From: Lama glama
Taxonomy: Eukaryota
NCBI GenBank assembly: GCA_028534125.1
Contig: CM052816.1
Location: 92,444,001 to 92,508,000, forward strand
Direction: 5' to 3'
DNA: 64,000 nucleotides
The notes under the pieces: generated by a model
Database searches by the model: none
Told to the model about the DNA's origin: nothing
The model's input: the letters and a program-made list of their open reading frames with translations, nothing else
In this document: in pieces, positions 14,750 to 28,357 of the stretch
Position numbering within the stretch: the stretch's first letter is position 1
Layout: each line of letters starts with the position of its first letter
Program-made: the position numbers and the translations under genes

Positions 14750-15900
14750 GTGGCTGCCCTTCAAATAGCCACACCCAGTTTTCCACCTTTTAAACAGCCT
14801 GGCTTCCAGACCCTGTGGTGTTTTGGTTCTGCTCCTTGAAATTTGTCAGTGCTCCCTGGGAACATGGGGCACAAACTCCAAATCAGGTCTGATCCTGGCC
14901 ATCGGACTAGAATTGTCCAGTTTTGACTTCATAACGTTCATTAATGCAGCCTGTGGCTACGTGGTGGGCTTTTTCAGTTAACCACGTGGTCCTGTTATGA
15001 GGTGAAACACAAGAGCCAGACAGACCCACATGGCCACATTCTCCTGACAGTCAGGGTCCGGCCCCTTCTAGAATCTGTCTGCAGGGGATTTGCCAACCCC
15101 GAGGCTCCTGGCGTCTTCCCAGGTCTCTGCTTTTTCAGTTCGGTCTACAAGTGTTTTCGCTGCAGGTGATGTGCGTGATCCAAGCCTTGCACAGACAAAA
15201 CTCTTTGCTCCCTCTCATCAGTTCTAATCTTCGAATCCCTCTTAACCGTGTTTGCCCACCTGGCCGAGTATTAAGATGATGCTCCTTTGTGGAAAAGGCA
15301 GACTCAAAGGAGGGGCTTGGGGTGTACCCTCAGCCCCTGGTGGTTCTTTCCTTTTTCTCTTTTGCCCTTGAGCATATTTCTTGGAAGCCCTTTCTCTTGA
15401 TCTCTTGATCTCTTGTACAAGGTCAGCGTGTCTGACTCTCTCCTTCCTGACCTTAATCATCCACGAGATGGCGAGCCCTTGAAGGTAGTCGTTCTTAGAC
15501 CTCATCTGGGCTTACCTCCCTGGGACTCAGGAAGAGACAGCCTGTGAGCAGGCAAACGAAAGCAGGGAGGTGACAGGTAGCCCCTCCCCACCTGGCACGT
15601 TCCCTCCCCCGAGAGCAGCTTGGGGGACCACTGCGACACCTTCAGGTGCCTTCTGTTCTCCTTTCTGGTTGGGGTGGAGTGGAGTGGCTGGGAGTTTCTC
15701 TTTTGAGAGCTTTCCAGCCTCCTTGCAGCATCCCTGGTGTTATTAGATCGTACCCCCACAAACTTTGAAATCTGTTTTCTTTTATTGGTTGTTTTTTTTA
15801 AAATTTCCCTGGTTGTTGTGAACTCAACAAGGACGTGGTCAGTCTCTGCCACGTGAGTGGCCATCTCCTCCTCGACGGTCACGATTCCATCCGGTGAGGC
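14750..15900 (-). mobile_element. Ancient L3/CR1 LINE ORF2 fossil
   Basis: Minus-strand translations resemble CR1 ORF2 motifs: ETDHVLVEF (like SDHEMVEF), KVRKERVRHADLVQEIK...KKYAQGQKRKRKE (like IRKAKAQLELNLARDVK...YKYISSKRK), and GCIN...IRPDLEF (like GCI...VRPHLEY). Confidence 0.6.
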
Positions 15901-17802
15901 TGTCCTTCGTCTGGGTCCCCAGCTTCCTGGGATGAGTGTCGTCGGGGAGGGGTTGGGGTGGAGGCTGCCGGAGAGTGGAGCAGGTGACTGTGTGTGTGGT
16001 CTTTAGAGACCCACAGCTGGATGCCTGTCGCACCTTGCCATCTAGGGGGTGGGGACCACAGCAGTATTTAAGGTGAAGATGTTTGGTATTTAAAACATTT
16101 TAGTCCTAAAGCTTCAGAATTTCAGGGCCTCCAAGAGATCCTCCTGGAGGGAAAGAAACCAAAAAGGCCAGCATCAGAGAAGAAAGCAGTCAGAAACATG
16201 TGCACCATCAGTCCTTCCTCTATGACACGCGGAGATAATCCCTTTCAGGGAAGTTCCGCTAATCGTAAAATATTTCTTCTGCTGTTCATACTAGGTAAGT
16301 CCTCAGGAGGCACAAATCCCACAGATACACTCAGGAACTCTGCTCTGCCTTGTCCCCTCCCTCAGAGCGGCCACCACCTTTGAAAGGCAGCAAGGTCACT
16401 GACAGCGGCAGTATTTATAGCGCCCCTAATCCCACCAGGCCCAGCTCCGGCCACCTGCTCCCCGGCCACCTGCTCCCCGAGAGGTCTGGGCAGCTTGGCG
16501 AAGGCGCTGCCGGCAGAAAACACAGGAAAACGCCCTGCCTCCAGGCTGCAGGCCAGGAGTTTCATCCAGCCCTGCCTGTCGCAGCCTCAGTTTCCCACAA
16601 TTAGAGGACTTTTTTTATCATGTAAGGGCCGATCAGAGTGAGCTCCCCTAGTTCTGTTTCCATAGATAACGGACCGTCCTGGTGCTCTGGTGGGCATATT
16701 AACTCTCCGCTGTTGCTGCTTCGTGACATAGCGTGTCAGCATCCGACGTACGTCAGCATCCGACAAGCACATCAGGAATCCCTTTTCCTTAGTTGCGTCC
16801 CACTGGTCAGAGCTGCATCTCCGTGAAGCACTCAGGCCTGAGTCCTTCCCCTGCGGGCTGGAAGGCTGCAAAACCACGGCTGATGAATAGCAAATGCGGC
16901 CATCCCCCAGGACCTCAGCCCGTCCACCCTGTGCTCAGTTCATAACAGTGACCCAGTCTCACCTTCCTGTGGCTGAACTGCTGTCCCTTGGCCATCAGGG
17001 CCGCGGACACTACCGGCCTTATTCCGGCCGTGGTACCATGCTGGCCCTGTGTCTCCAACAAGGACGGCCTGTTTGAGGCTTTGTTTCTGTTGGGCTGCCC
17101 CACCCCCGCGCCCCGAGACTGCCTTCTCATTGTTCACATTATCCAGGAGAAGACAAGGCTCTCTTGTGCACGGGGAGGGGGGAGGGCAGAAAGGACCAAA
17201 GGTAAATAAGCTGAACTTAAAACTTTCTAAAAAGGCACTTCTTCACTTGGCACCCCTACAGTGTCCATGCACCATGTACCACTGGGCCATTTGGGCGCCT
17301 TTAGACATCCTGAGAACATGAGGGGAGCAAGGCTTCTGAGTCCCCCAAGGCCAGCGTTGAAATCCTGGCCCCACCCACCCTTTAGCAGTGGGATGACCTG
17401 CGGAAAGCCACACAGCCCCTCTAGGCCCCACTGTCCTTGGTAGAGGAACCAAAAAATGCCACTATCCTGGGACTGTAATAGGGATTACATGAAATGCCCT
17501 ATGGAAAGCCCTTGGTGTATAATAAGTAATTGATGACAGTTAGTTCCTTCCCACTGAACCTCCACCCTCCCTTCACACTTCTCTCCCAAACTCCAACAGT
17601 CCAGCATTTGCTTTTAAGTCACCCTACGTTGTGGATTTGAGAGGTTGATTGTTTTTTGGGGGGGAAGATGAACACAATTAAGACTGGTCCCCAGATCTCT
17701 AAGATCCCCCTCCTAAAGGAGTGACAGTACAAATCCACACGTGCATTCTTAGAACAATTAACAAATGAACGAGCATAATGTGTCATTCTAAGCAGGTTCT
17801 AA

Positions 17803-18008
17803 TTTTTTTTTAATTTTTAAAAAATTGGGGTAAAATACACCGCCCATGTAGCTCAACCCCTTAACCATTTTTAAGTGTACAGTTCAGTGCATTCACAGTA
17901 TGGCACTCCCAACACCACCGCCCATCCACAGAACTCATCTTGCAAAACTGAAACTCTACACCCATGAAACAATAACTCCCCATGCCCCCACCCCTGCCCC
18001 CAGCCTCC
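17803..18008 (-). mobile_element. 5'-truncated L1 (L1MB-like 3' end), antisense, with decayed target-site duplication
   Basis: T-rich tail, then ttaaccatttttaagtgtacagttcagtg...ttgcaaaactgaaactcta. Flanks agcaggttctaattt (17791) and agcaagttccagttt (18009) match 12/15. Confidence 0.75.
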
Positions 18009-19882
18009 AGCAAGTTCCAGTTTGACTGTTAACAGTCAAAAAAAAAGTTAAGGCGAAACATAAGCTAAGGCTGGAATTTTCTAAATAGTCTTCAAGCCAG
18101 GTAAGTAAAGAATTAACGTTCTGCAGGTAGATGGAGTGGGCAGAAGCGAGCATCCGGAGCGCGGTCTGCAGACTGGGTGCATGGCGCCCCCTGCTGTTGA
18201 AGTGTATTGTTTCTTTCAATCAATCCTTTGTTTCTTACTAAGAATTTAGTCATCTTATATCTGAAAGACGTACCAACTGCTCTTAGGAGATGTATATACG
18301 GCAATTTCCTTAAACCTAAATGATAACAGGGATGATTTAGCTTTCATCTTCTTAAACTGGTTTTAAAAACTGCATCCGAAAAGGTTGCTATTTTACCGTG
18401 AATGTGCTATAACTGTTGATGGCTGCATCAACCCCTCTATGAAACTATTCTGGATAGATGTGTAACATTGTAACCATCAGCAGCCACGCTGAGAAAGCTA
18501 GATGCTCCATAAACACTAACATGCTTTGCCCAGCGAGAACGGAGCTCTGGACCTCTCAGCAACACATGTCTTTTACCCCATCTGTTTCAGCCTACTAAAA
18601 TTTTTGCTAGCCTGACCTTACATATAAAGTCCCCTTTGTATGTATCTCGTCACTGTATATATTGCAATACGCATTGCCCTACATATGACTGCCCTACACA
18701 GACGTGTTCCTCTCCGACGCCCCTTCGCGTGCTGTCCCTTCATTTCCACACCCACATGACTGTTCACCCAGCTCCCCCCTTAGAGGACGGGTCAGTGGTT
18801 CCCGGAGCAGCAGCTCCGTGGGACGGCAGCCCAGTTCCCTCTGGAGATTACCACAGGCTTGTTCCTGTCACCCCGTTGAAGGCTGATCCCTAGAAACTGG
18901 GTTCATTGGCCTTTTCACACATGGTCTGCTTGAGGTCGTTCCACTCTAACAAAACAGCCCTTTTTTTTTTCTCTTCAAAGTTGGGACTCACCCTGGCTCT
19001 GAGAGTCAGTCCTGATGAAATGCTGTCATTCCGTTGGGGATGGGTGACTTCGCAGGAACTCACTGTCACCCTTAGGAGAGCTGTTAGAAGTGACCCATCT
19101 GGTTCAGGTGGCAGCCGGCAAGGGACAGTGAGCAGCTGTGGAAAGGACAGGCCAGAAGGACCCTCCCCTGTGTGGAACCTTCAGCCTCCAGCCTGAAGGA
19201 AGAGAAGGGCTCACTCAGTCAGATCACATCATACGGTCTCATGCTGCAGGTGGGCCCCTCAGCACATGCTGTTAGCACTGACTTAAACACCTCCAGCCTT
19301 GGCCATCTCTCACCTGGATTGTTACAGCAGCACCCCATCCCCACTCCCTCCCCCTCCCCCGACAGGGCTCCTCCCTGCTTCTGCCCTCCCCCCACCCCCA
19401 CCCTACAGTCTGTTCTCACAGGGCACTGGGAGAGCCTGTCAGGACAGCAATCGCATCATGTCACCCTTCACTCAGGACTCCCATGGCTCCCAGAGTCATG
19501 ACCATGACCCGCAAAACCCTCTATGAACTACCCCACCCCCGCCCGCACCCCCACCACATGTGTACAACCAACGTGATTCAGTACAAGGAATCAAAAGGCC
19601 AGATGATATTTCCCAGGTCCAGGTCAACTCTCTCTGAAAGCTCAAGCAAGATAGGTGTGTGTGTGTATGATAGTGTCCTGCCTGGTTTTGCCCCACCCAC
19701 ACCCCACACCCCCCAGTAGATCGGATCCATGTGCCTTCAGCCTGGAGTGACACTGGGTGTGGTGTTCAAGACACTGGCTGCGAGACACAGGCCACCGGCC
19801 CCCCTCTGAAAGCCACCCCTCCCTCTGAAACAAGACTGCTCCTGTCCCTCATAAGTACGCGTAAAGATTGACTTTATCTGCT

Positions 19883-19997
19883 GGGGGGAGGGTGTAGCTC
19901 AGTGGTAGAGTGTGTGCCTAGCGTGTGCAGTGGTCCTAGGTGCAGTCCCTGGTACCTCCATCAAAAACAAATAAAAGCCTAATTACCTCCCCCCAAA
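19883..19997 (+). mobile_element. tRNA-derived SINE (camelid Vic-1-like)
   Basis: GGGGAGGGTGTAGCTCAGTGGTAGAG (A box), degenerate B box ggtgcagtccc, A-rich tail and CCTAATTACCTCCCCCC end. Confidence 0.8.
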
Positions 19998-20038
19998 TTT
20001 TTTTTAAAAATTAAAACGTGAAATTATTTTATATATCC

Positions 20039-20126
20039 TTTTTTTTAAAACAGTGGTGGTACAGGGGATTGAACCCAGGACCTCGTGTGTGCTAAGCTCA
20101 TACTCTGCCACGTGTGAGCTATATCC
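20039..20126 (-). mobile_element. tRNA-derived SINE (Vic-1-like), antisense
   Basis: Minus strand reads GGATATAGCTCA...GAGGTCCTGGGTTCAATCCCCTGTACC followed by an A tail. Confidence 0.8.
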
Positions 20127-21329
20127 TGCTGGCGGTCTGGTGATCCGAGGTGCACTAAGGAGCTGGCACCGGAATGCAGATCAACTTCCTCCCCAAGCAC
20201 ACCGCCTGGAGCCAAGCTCGTAACCACCTCTTTGTATGCGGCATTGTTGAGGGTTAACCACTGGTTTACCCAGGGGAGACTTCAACCCAATTAAACATAA
20301 GTTGAACCCTTCTAAGTAAAAACACCAAATAAAAATGATACCCAGGGCCAACTGTTTTAATTCAAAACAGCTGCATGTATTTCAGTTCTCACTGCAGGGG
20401 AGGAGAATTTAGTTTTAATCCTGATTATTCGGGGTCATGGAAGCAGCTTTGTGACTTTCTCAAAGCGTGGTCAACAGCTTCTGGAAATTAAGGTAAAACG
20501 CGAGCTCTTGGCAGTGTTTCCTTTGTGGAAGGGAATCCTCTCAGGACGTGCAGAAACGGCTGTGCCCCTGTGGCTGGGTTTGTATGTTCTCTGAGCTCGG
20601 ATGCTGACAGAGACAATGAGCTGCTTTGGATCCCAATCGTCAGTTCTTGGGAAAGAGACTCAGTCCCAGGATAAGTCAGGGTCCGACTCTGGATGAGGAG
20701 GGTCTTGGGAAGGATGCTCCTTATGTGGTTCCAGTCACACTGACTCCGACTGTGGCATCTTAGACCCAGAAGTGTCATTTCTGTAAGGTTTGGGGCTCCC
20801 TTCATCCTTTCTGCACACTAATCCTATTTGGGAATCTTAATTTATGGTAAAAGTTTGTCAGAATGTAGCTGTTACATGGATTTTGAAATGAAAGGTTAGA
20901 TACTGCCCCTACACTGCTTAGTTACATACAGCCGAAGCCTCTTAACAGATTGCCTCTAAGGAAGACGTTAAGTTCCTCATCTATCTGCCCAACGGGACCG
21001 TCGTTAGAAATGTGACTGTGACACAGATGCTGACCAGAAACTTCATGACAAGGTTGTGAATAAAAGGGCTGCAGCCCTTTGGTTAGTTTCTACAGAGGCT
21101 AATCCAGTTTTAAAATGGAGAAGCCAATGGTCATGAAGACAGAAGGTTTGTCTGGAGTGGCGTACATTCCACTCGAGATGAATATATCTTGAAATACAAA
21201 GAAGTATTTCAAAATTCAAAGTAAAAATGTCACGGTCAGTGCCAGGTCCTCAGAAAAGGAGTCACAGTCTGTCACATAGAAGAGTAGGTTATGGGTCTTC
21301 TTTTATATATATGTACTTTTTGTTTGAGA

Positions 21330-22285
21330 GGTTTTTTTTTTGAGTGTTATTTTTAGACTTACAGAAGCACTGTGAAGCTAGCCCAGGGTCCCCACACACC
21401 CCTCACCCCCTACTCTGTCTTACTCTGCTGTGGTACATTCATCACAGCTAAGGAATCAACCCCAGTGCATTATTAGGAATCAAACTCCACAGTTTATTCA
21501 GAGTTCGCTAGCTTTTCCCTCCTGTCCTTTTCCTGTTCTAGGCTTCCCATCCACGTTACCATGTTAAAGCTCGTCACCTTGTCTTAACCTTTTCCGGTCT
21601 GTGAGAGTTTCTCATATTTTGCTTGTTTTTGTGGCCTTGTCGGTTTCAAGGACTACTGCTCAGGTATTATGTAGAATGTCCCTCAGTTTGGGATTGTCTG
21701 GGGTTTTTCTCATGGTGAGACTGGGCTTATGGACTGTCGGGAGGGAGACCACATAGGCAGAGTACCAATGTCATCATGTCTTATCAGGAGAACATGCTAT
21801 CAACGTGACATCACTGATGAAGTTGACCTGGCCAAGATCCTAGCTGCCAGATTTCTCACTGTGGAGTTCCTTTCCCCCCTTTCCATCCTGTCCTCTCTTT
21901 GGAAGGAAGTGACTATGGTGAACCCACACTTCAGGGGTGGGGAAGTATGCCCCTCCTCCCTGAGAGGCGAGCAGCTACGTAAATCACTTGGAATTCTGTG
22001 CTGGGGATGTGTTCCTATTTGTTTATTTGTATCGGTGTGGACTCATGGGTGTTTATTGTGTGCTGTGCGTCCTAACTCAATACGACATCATTTATTTTCT
22101 TGCTCACATTCTTCCAGATTTACCGTTAGGAGCTCTTTCTTCTGGGCTCCTGTGCCCTTGAATATATTGTTGCAAGCTGATCATCTTGTGTATTTCCCAC
22201 CCTAGTCCTAGAATCAACCACGTCTCCAAGGAGCCCTGGTTCCTTTTACTGCAGAGTAAGTAGAAAAACCAAGATCTGGGCACGG
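21330..22285 (-). mobile_element. L1MC-like LINE 3' region, antisense
   Basis: T-rich start; tgtagaatgtccctcagtttggg...tttctcatggtgagactggg; ends agaatcaaccacgtctccaaggagccctggttcctttta. Confidence 0.7.
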
Positions 22286-24479
22286 AGCTGGTTGTTCTGT
22301 TTTGCTGGCTGCTCCCTAATGAGATAATGTTGACAGCGAACTCTGCAGCAGGAAAGCTAACCCAGTGGCTAATCCAAGGAACAAATCGTGTTTACTGTCG
22401 GTAGTTTATTAGGTTTGTGTTCTGGTTTGGAAAAGTCGATGTCATTAGCTCTCTGCAAACATTTGAAGAACACAGCATGTCCTGGTCAACGGGGAGGGCA
22501 TGTTCTGAGTCAGAACTACTCTGGGTGAACTCGGCAGAGTGATACTTTTCCTGGAAGATCCTTTGCGAGGTTAACTTCTAGAGCTTCTTGCTTTCTGAAA
22601 CGGACTGGTTAAATCTGATGATTATGCCTGGGCTCAGCATGCTTCTCAGAGAAAGCGGACCTGCAGACAGGTGTTGCATCTTCTAATCAACACCATAGCT
22701 GCTTCTGAGTTGCCAGTATTCCTTTCTGGGCAATGCAGGAAATAGTCTTTTGTTTTGTTTTGTTTTGTTTTTTGAGAACTTTCTGGAAGGCAAGGAGCAT
22801 TTTCAGACTGGAAGCATGGCAAAGGCAAAGGCTCAAATTCAGAGACTTCAGGGAGAAAAAGAAAGGAAGCTTCGATACAGGCGATGTCCCCTCCCTTTAA
22901 ATAGTTACCTGTGATTGCTGAAGCCCCGGACCAGAGAGGGTGTTCAGTTACGTTATTCTCGAAAAGACCCCATCTAGGCGCTAGGTGTGGGGCTGAGAAC
23001 TGAGGAAGCACCTCGGTGGCATGTGGCCTTGATGGGGGCATGTCGGGTGTGCCTGGCACAGATAGATGCCGGATAGAGAACAGAGTGGTTTAGTGGTGCC
23101 AAGACAAAGCATACTGTGGGGTTTTAGAATGATGCATCGGAGCCACCTTCCTGGGAAGGCCTACTGGAGATCCACTGCACCTCACCGTTTGGCTTCCAAG
23201 GCACCAGAACTGCTGTCACCCACCCAGATTACTTGATATTAATGTAAATGTCTCACATGATTTGGGGTTTCTACACATCTCACTATCCTGTGTCGTCAGG
23301 GTGGACTCTTTCCTCCGAAGCTTGCCGATCCTCTCCTCCAGACAGTGAAAAGCCTCCAGCAGAACTTTATCCATGCGGAGAAGCCAGGGGAGGAGCTACC
23401 CTTGCTTGCACCTTCCTCTCCGACGTGCAACAACACCCTCCTTTTTCCTTGCTTTGTTGCCATCTAAAAGCCACTTTCCAGTGATTTTGCAAAGCACTGA
23501 GAGATTGCAGCAGGAGGCATTCTCTCTCCTTCAGATGATCAGTGGCTACAAGCTGAGTAAGGAATGCCAGTGATTTTCCTGGAAGCCTAAGTTTGTTTGG
23601 GGGGTTTTGGAGGGTTGGTTTTTTTTTTTAAACAGAGTTTGGCCTAGATTCTGCTCTGACCATGAAGGAAACCCAGGATAGCTTATCCTCCATTGGTCCT
23701 AATGCACAGTCAAGTCCAGCGTTGGGGCGGTGCTCACTTATCTTACTTCTTTACAGCTTTACTGCTATGGAAAATATATGGAAGGAGGGCTGATGGATCT
23801 AGTTGTCAAGAAAGTGAACTGTGTCCCCGTGCAGTGCTCGGTGGCGTTGTGAAGTTGTGACAGGAAGTTGCCGCCATCCCTGGGCTGGAGGCATGAGCAA
23901 TGTCTCGCCATTCAAGGCTGGCAGCTCTGTGGTGAGAAAAGAGGACAGGGCCACTTGTCCAGGCCACTCAGTAATAAAGCCCCAAGTTGCTAGATCTAAG
24001 GAAGTGTTTTTGTGTACGTGTCAGAGATGGGGCGTAAGTCCTGGCAGCAGGCAATAGGGTTAAATGATAGTACATCTGTCATTTCTGAAAACCAAATGGG
24101 ATATCCTTCCCAGATGCTGAAAAATACATGCTAGGATAAGATTCCATTGCATTTATAAAGTGAAACATTTATAATAGGTCCTCCAAGTTATTTTTTTAAT
24201 GTATTTCAACACAATAGTAAGTAGGACCAGCCTAATTCCATGAAATTTAATTTACCCAAAGCCTAAAGGATGTTATATTATAAGATTTCAGTGTTCTGTT
24301 TTCACACGACTGCAATTCATTTTATAATGTATTCACTCTCATTTTAGAGAAGAATCATGTGCATGGTAAGAAAGGGAGAGAAAAGTTTTATGGAACTGGC
24401 ATCTTCTAACAACATTCTCTTACAAAGTTATATTATTACATTTCTAAATTCAGTTTTTTTATACACCCACGGAGCTTAG

Positions 24480-26370
24480 AGTCGGCCCTCTAAGGACTGC
24501 TCCCTACAATAGCTGCTCTCCCCACTTGCCCTCCCCCCTTCTACTCCCGGATCTTCAGATCTCTTGGTGGATTCTGACTATGATATACTCTGACACCTAA
24601 GTCTGATTCCCATCCTTTCTTTAAAAAAAAGTTAGTTTTCCCTGGACTTAATCATTGTCTTAGCTATAATTTTTCTTAGCTTTCTAAAAGCTAAATGGTA
24701 ATTACTTACAACTCATTTATTCCTACCTTTTCCCTTAGTTCCCGAAACCCCCTTTCCTGTGTTCACACACATTTTGCTTCCTGTCTGTTTCATGCTCTCA
24801 AAGAAGCATCTCCAAGGCTCTTCCGAGCAGCTCTAGTGCTGACCAGCTCTGACCTGTGGGCCTGTCTTGCCTTCCTGGGGTCTCTCCTTACCCCCACCCC
24901 AGGGATTCCTGTGCCTTTTTTGTTTTCTTATTGTGATCAACCCTGCATCTTTCTTTTTCTTCATCTACGACTCCTTTGCTTTGGCAGAGTGTACCCTACA
25001 AGAGCTTCTTGAAAAAGTGTGCATGGAGAGCTAAATTTTTTGAGGCCTTGAACATCTGAAAATGTCTTTCTTCTAAACACACTTGATTGATGGTTTGGTT
25101 TCAAGTTCTAGGACAGAAATCATTTTCCCTTCTAATTTATTGCCCCGTATCTCCTAACTCTCAGTGCTAGCTCCTAGCTGTCTAAAGCAGGAAGCTCTGA
25201 GAATCTGGTTTGTCCAGTGCCATGCCCAGTGGGTCTTTTTTCATCCACTGTGCTATGTCACATAATGGACCCTTTTCAGACTTGAAATTTGTATCTTTCA
25301 GCTCTCAGACTGTCAGTCTGGAACTCCTATTATCTGAATGTTGAACCTCTTACACGGGTCCTTTATTTATGTTTTTAAAATCCCTTCTTGCGTACGTCCC
25401 ATGTCTTTGTATTCTGCCTTATCTTTGTTGTAGACTTTCTCAACTTTACCTGTCATTTAATGAATTTTTCATTTCTGCCTTTATTATTTTTTAATTCCCA
25501 GAACTTCTTTCCTGTTCTTTGAAATGTCCTTTTCGTAACACTTCCATTCAGTTCCTGTTTCATGGGTAGTGTCTTCTCTCGTCACTGAGACTATCACTGG
25601 GCAAAGGTTTTCCTCCTTTCCTCTCCCTTCCCCTGCCCCCCACTCTGTCTCTTGTCGTTGTCTGTTTCCTCTGGGGGTTTTTTCCCTCTTTGTTTTAGCC
25701 TCTTCATATTAGAGTTCTTCCTGAAAGCCTGGTGATCCCTGGTTGTCTCCTCGTTTTTATAGGTGGGGTACTAGAAGCTGGCTGGGAGCTGTGCACATGT
25801 GGGTGAGGTTTATATCCCTGTGTGGGCCTCACTGATGGCTGGGCTGGTGGGGCTGCTTTGTCAGGAGCCTCCAGTTTTTAGGAACTTGGGGTCTTCTCTC
25901 TTGGTGGGTCAGATTCCTCAGCGATCACTCTGGGTCTCCTGCCTGTCAGGGGACTCAACTGGCTTCCCGTGTTCTGGGGGCTGAGTAGAGGAAGAAGACC
26001 AGACATTCGATATGTCATCCTTCCCTTAATCCCTCTGTTTCCTGTGCAGTAATTCTGCCCTCAACCGTGCTGGTTTTACTTTATTCAGAGACTAAACTCC
26101 AGTAAGTTCGGGGAGGCACAGCCACCAGCTGTGCAAGGGGAACTGTGGACGAGCGGCTCATGAACTAGACTTTCCACGGCCTGCCTTCACCCCCACTTCT
26201 AGAAGGACCTGTGGCCACGTTCCCTGATGGGTGGGGAAGGGAAGGGCAGGAGACAGCTCCACTTTCCCCTGTCAGTTTAGGATTCTAGTTTCTTGAGTTT
26301 GTTAAACTGGTTTACCCATCTGCTTTCCCAAGTTCCAAATTTTGTGGCTTTTGTCTCTTCTTCTCTTAAC
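24480..26370 (-). mobile_element. Old L1 (L1ME-like) fragments, antisense
   Basis: T-rich; catctgaaaatgtctt...cacacttgattgatggtttgg...agaaatcattttccc; tctggaactcctattat. Boundaries approximate. Confidence 0.5.
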
Positions 26371-26792
26371 TAGACTTTGAAAAGCTTCCAGGCCTTTCAT
26401 TTATCCAGATGTTACCATTTCCTTCTTTCAGTAGGTGTGCTGATTCAGTGCAGTTCTGCAAGCATCCAGATGCTTTCAGGTCACTTTTTACTTTTTGGTT
26501 AAAGCTGTAAAGATTACATTAATACACGTGTTCACCCTGAACTAACTGAGCTATCCAACAGCCTAGGTAAGCCTTCCACACTGGCCCGATTACCCACTTG
26601 GATGCCTGCCCATCTGCTGGGCTCCCTCCTGGGCAGGTGTGGCGAATGGGCCAGTGCCTGTATTGTCAGGTAAGAACAGAGCAAGTGGTGGCAGCTCGAG
26701 GACTGGGGTGCCAGCCCCCCATCGGCCCAGCTCCTCAGGGGTCACGTACTACCTGACTGTCTCATTTCACTCATGTATGCCTTTCCTAGTAA

Positions 26793-26987
<195 letters not shown>

Positions 26988-27790
26988 TAGGCCCTATCCA
27001 GTCTTTTTTCTTTAGAAACATTTGCAGCCCTGTCCCAAACAAAAAATGGGTTGTTTTTTTTTTAATTCACAGTGGATTAAAAAGATGCAAAGACATTATC
27101 CAGTGGGTTGAAAGTTTGAGAAACAAGTCAAACAGGCAGCATTTTTTTCTTAAAGGACCAGGCCTTCCACTTCCTTAAACTCCTTCCAGGTTTAGATCAA
27201 ACCTAAACATTTGCCAAGGGTGTCTGTGCCCCCAAACCAGCCGTTTAGTACTTCACACACCGGCCACTGAGCCCCGCCTCAGTGCTGGCCTGTGCCCTGC
27301 CTGGCCTCCCCAAGCTCACACATCAGGATGGGGAGATGGGGGATACAGAGCACTCTGCAAGTCTTTATGAAATACCAAAATGGGGGAGGTGGCCGTAGAC
27401 CAGTGGTCAGGAGGCAGGGGAGGAGACAGGGAAGTGAGACAGGTCCCTTTTCTCCCCCCATGCCTCTCCCCTCCGCACCTCCCCCAGCCTGTGGGCCGGA
27501 AAGACCTGGCTTCTGGTCCAGCTTAACTCCCAGAATCAAAATGGATCACCATCAAGTTACCGCTTTTCTCTGAGTTTTCTAGACAGGAGGGATCAGCGCT
27601 TGAGGCTGGGCCGAGGTGGGGGTGGCCAGAGTAGCAGCTCTCCCCTCTCCCCACCCCCACTGGGAGATGGTGGTCACGGTGGGGAGTGGCCCTCAACCTG
27701 CTGTCTGGACACAAAGGGCTATGATGGGGGAGCCGAGGTGGGGACGGGCTCCCCCAGGCCCAGAGGCGGCATCAGAAGCCCCCCCAGTAA

Positions 27791-28357
<567 letters not shown>

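Noticed and set aside
19883..20126. tRNA-like sequences
   Set aside because: A-rich tails and degenerate stems show they are SINEs, not tRNA genes.
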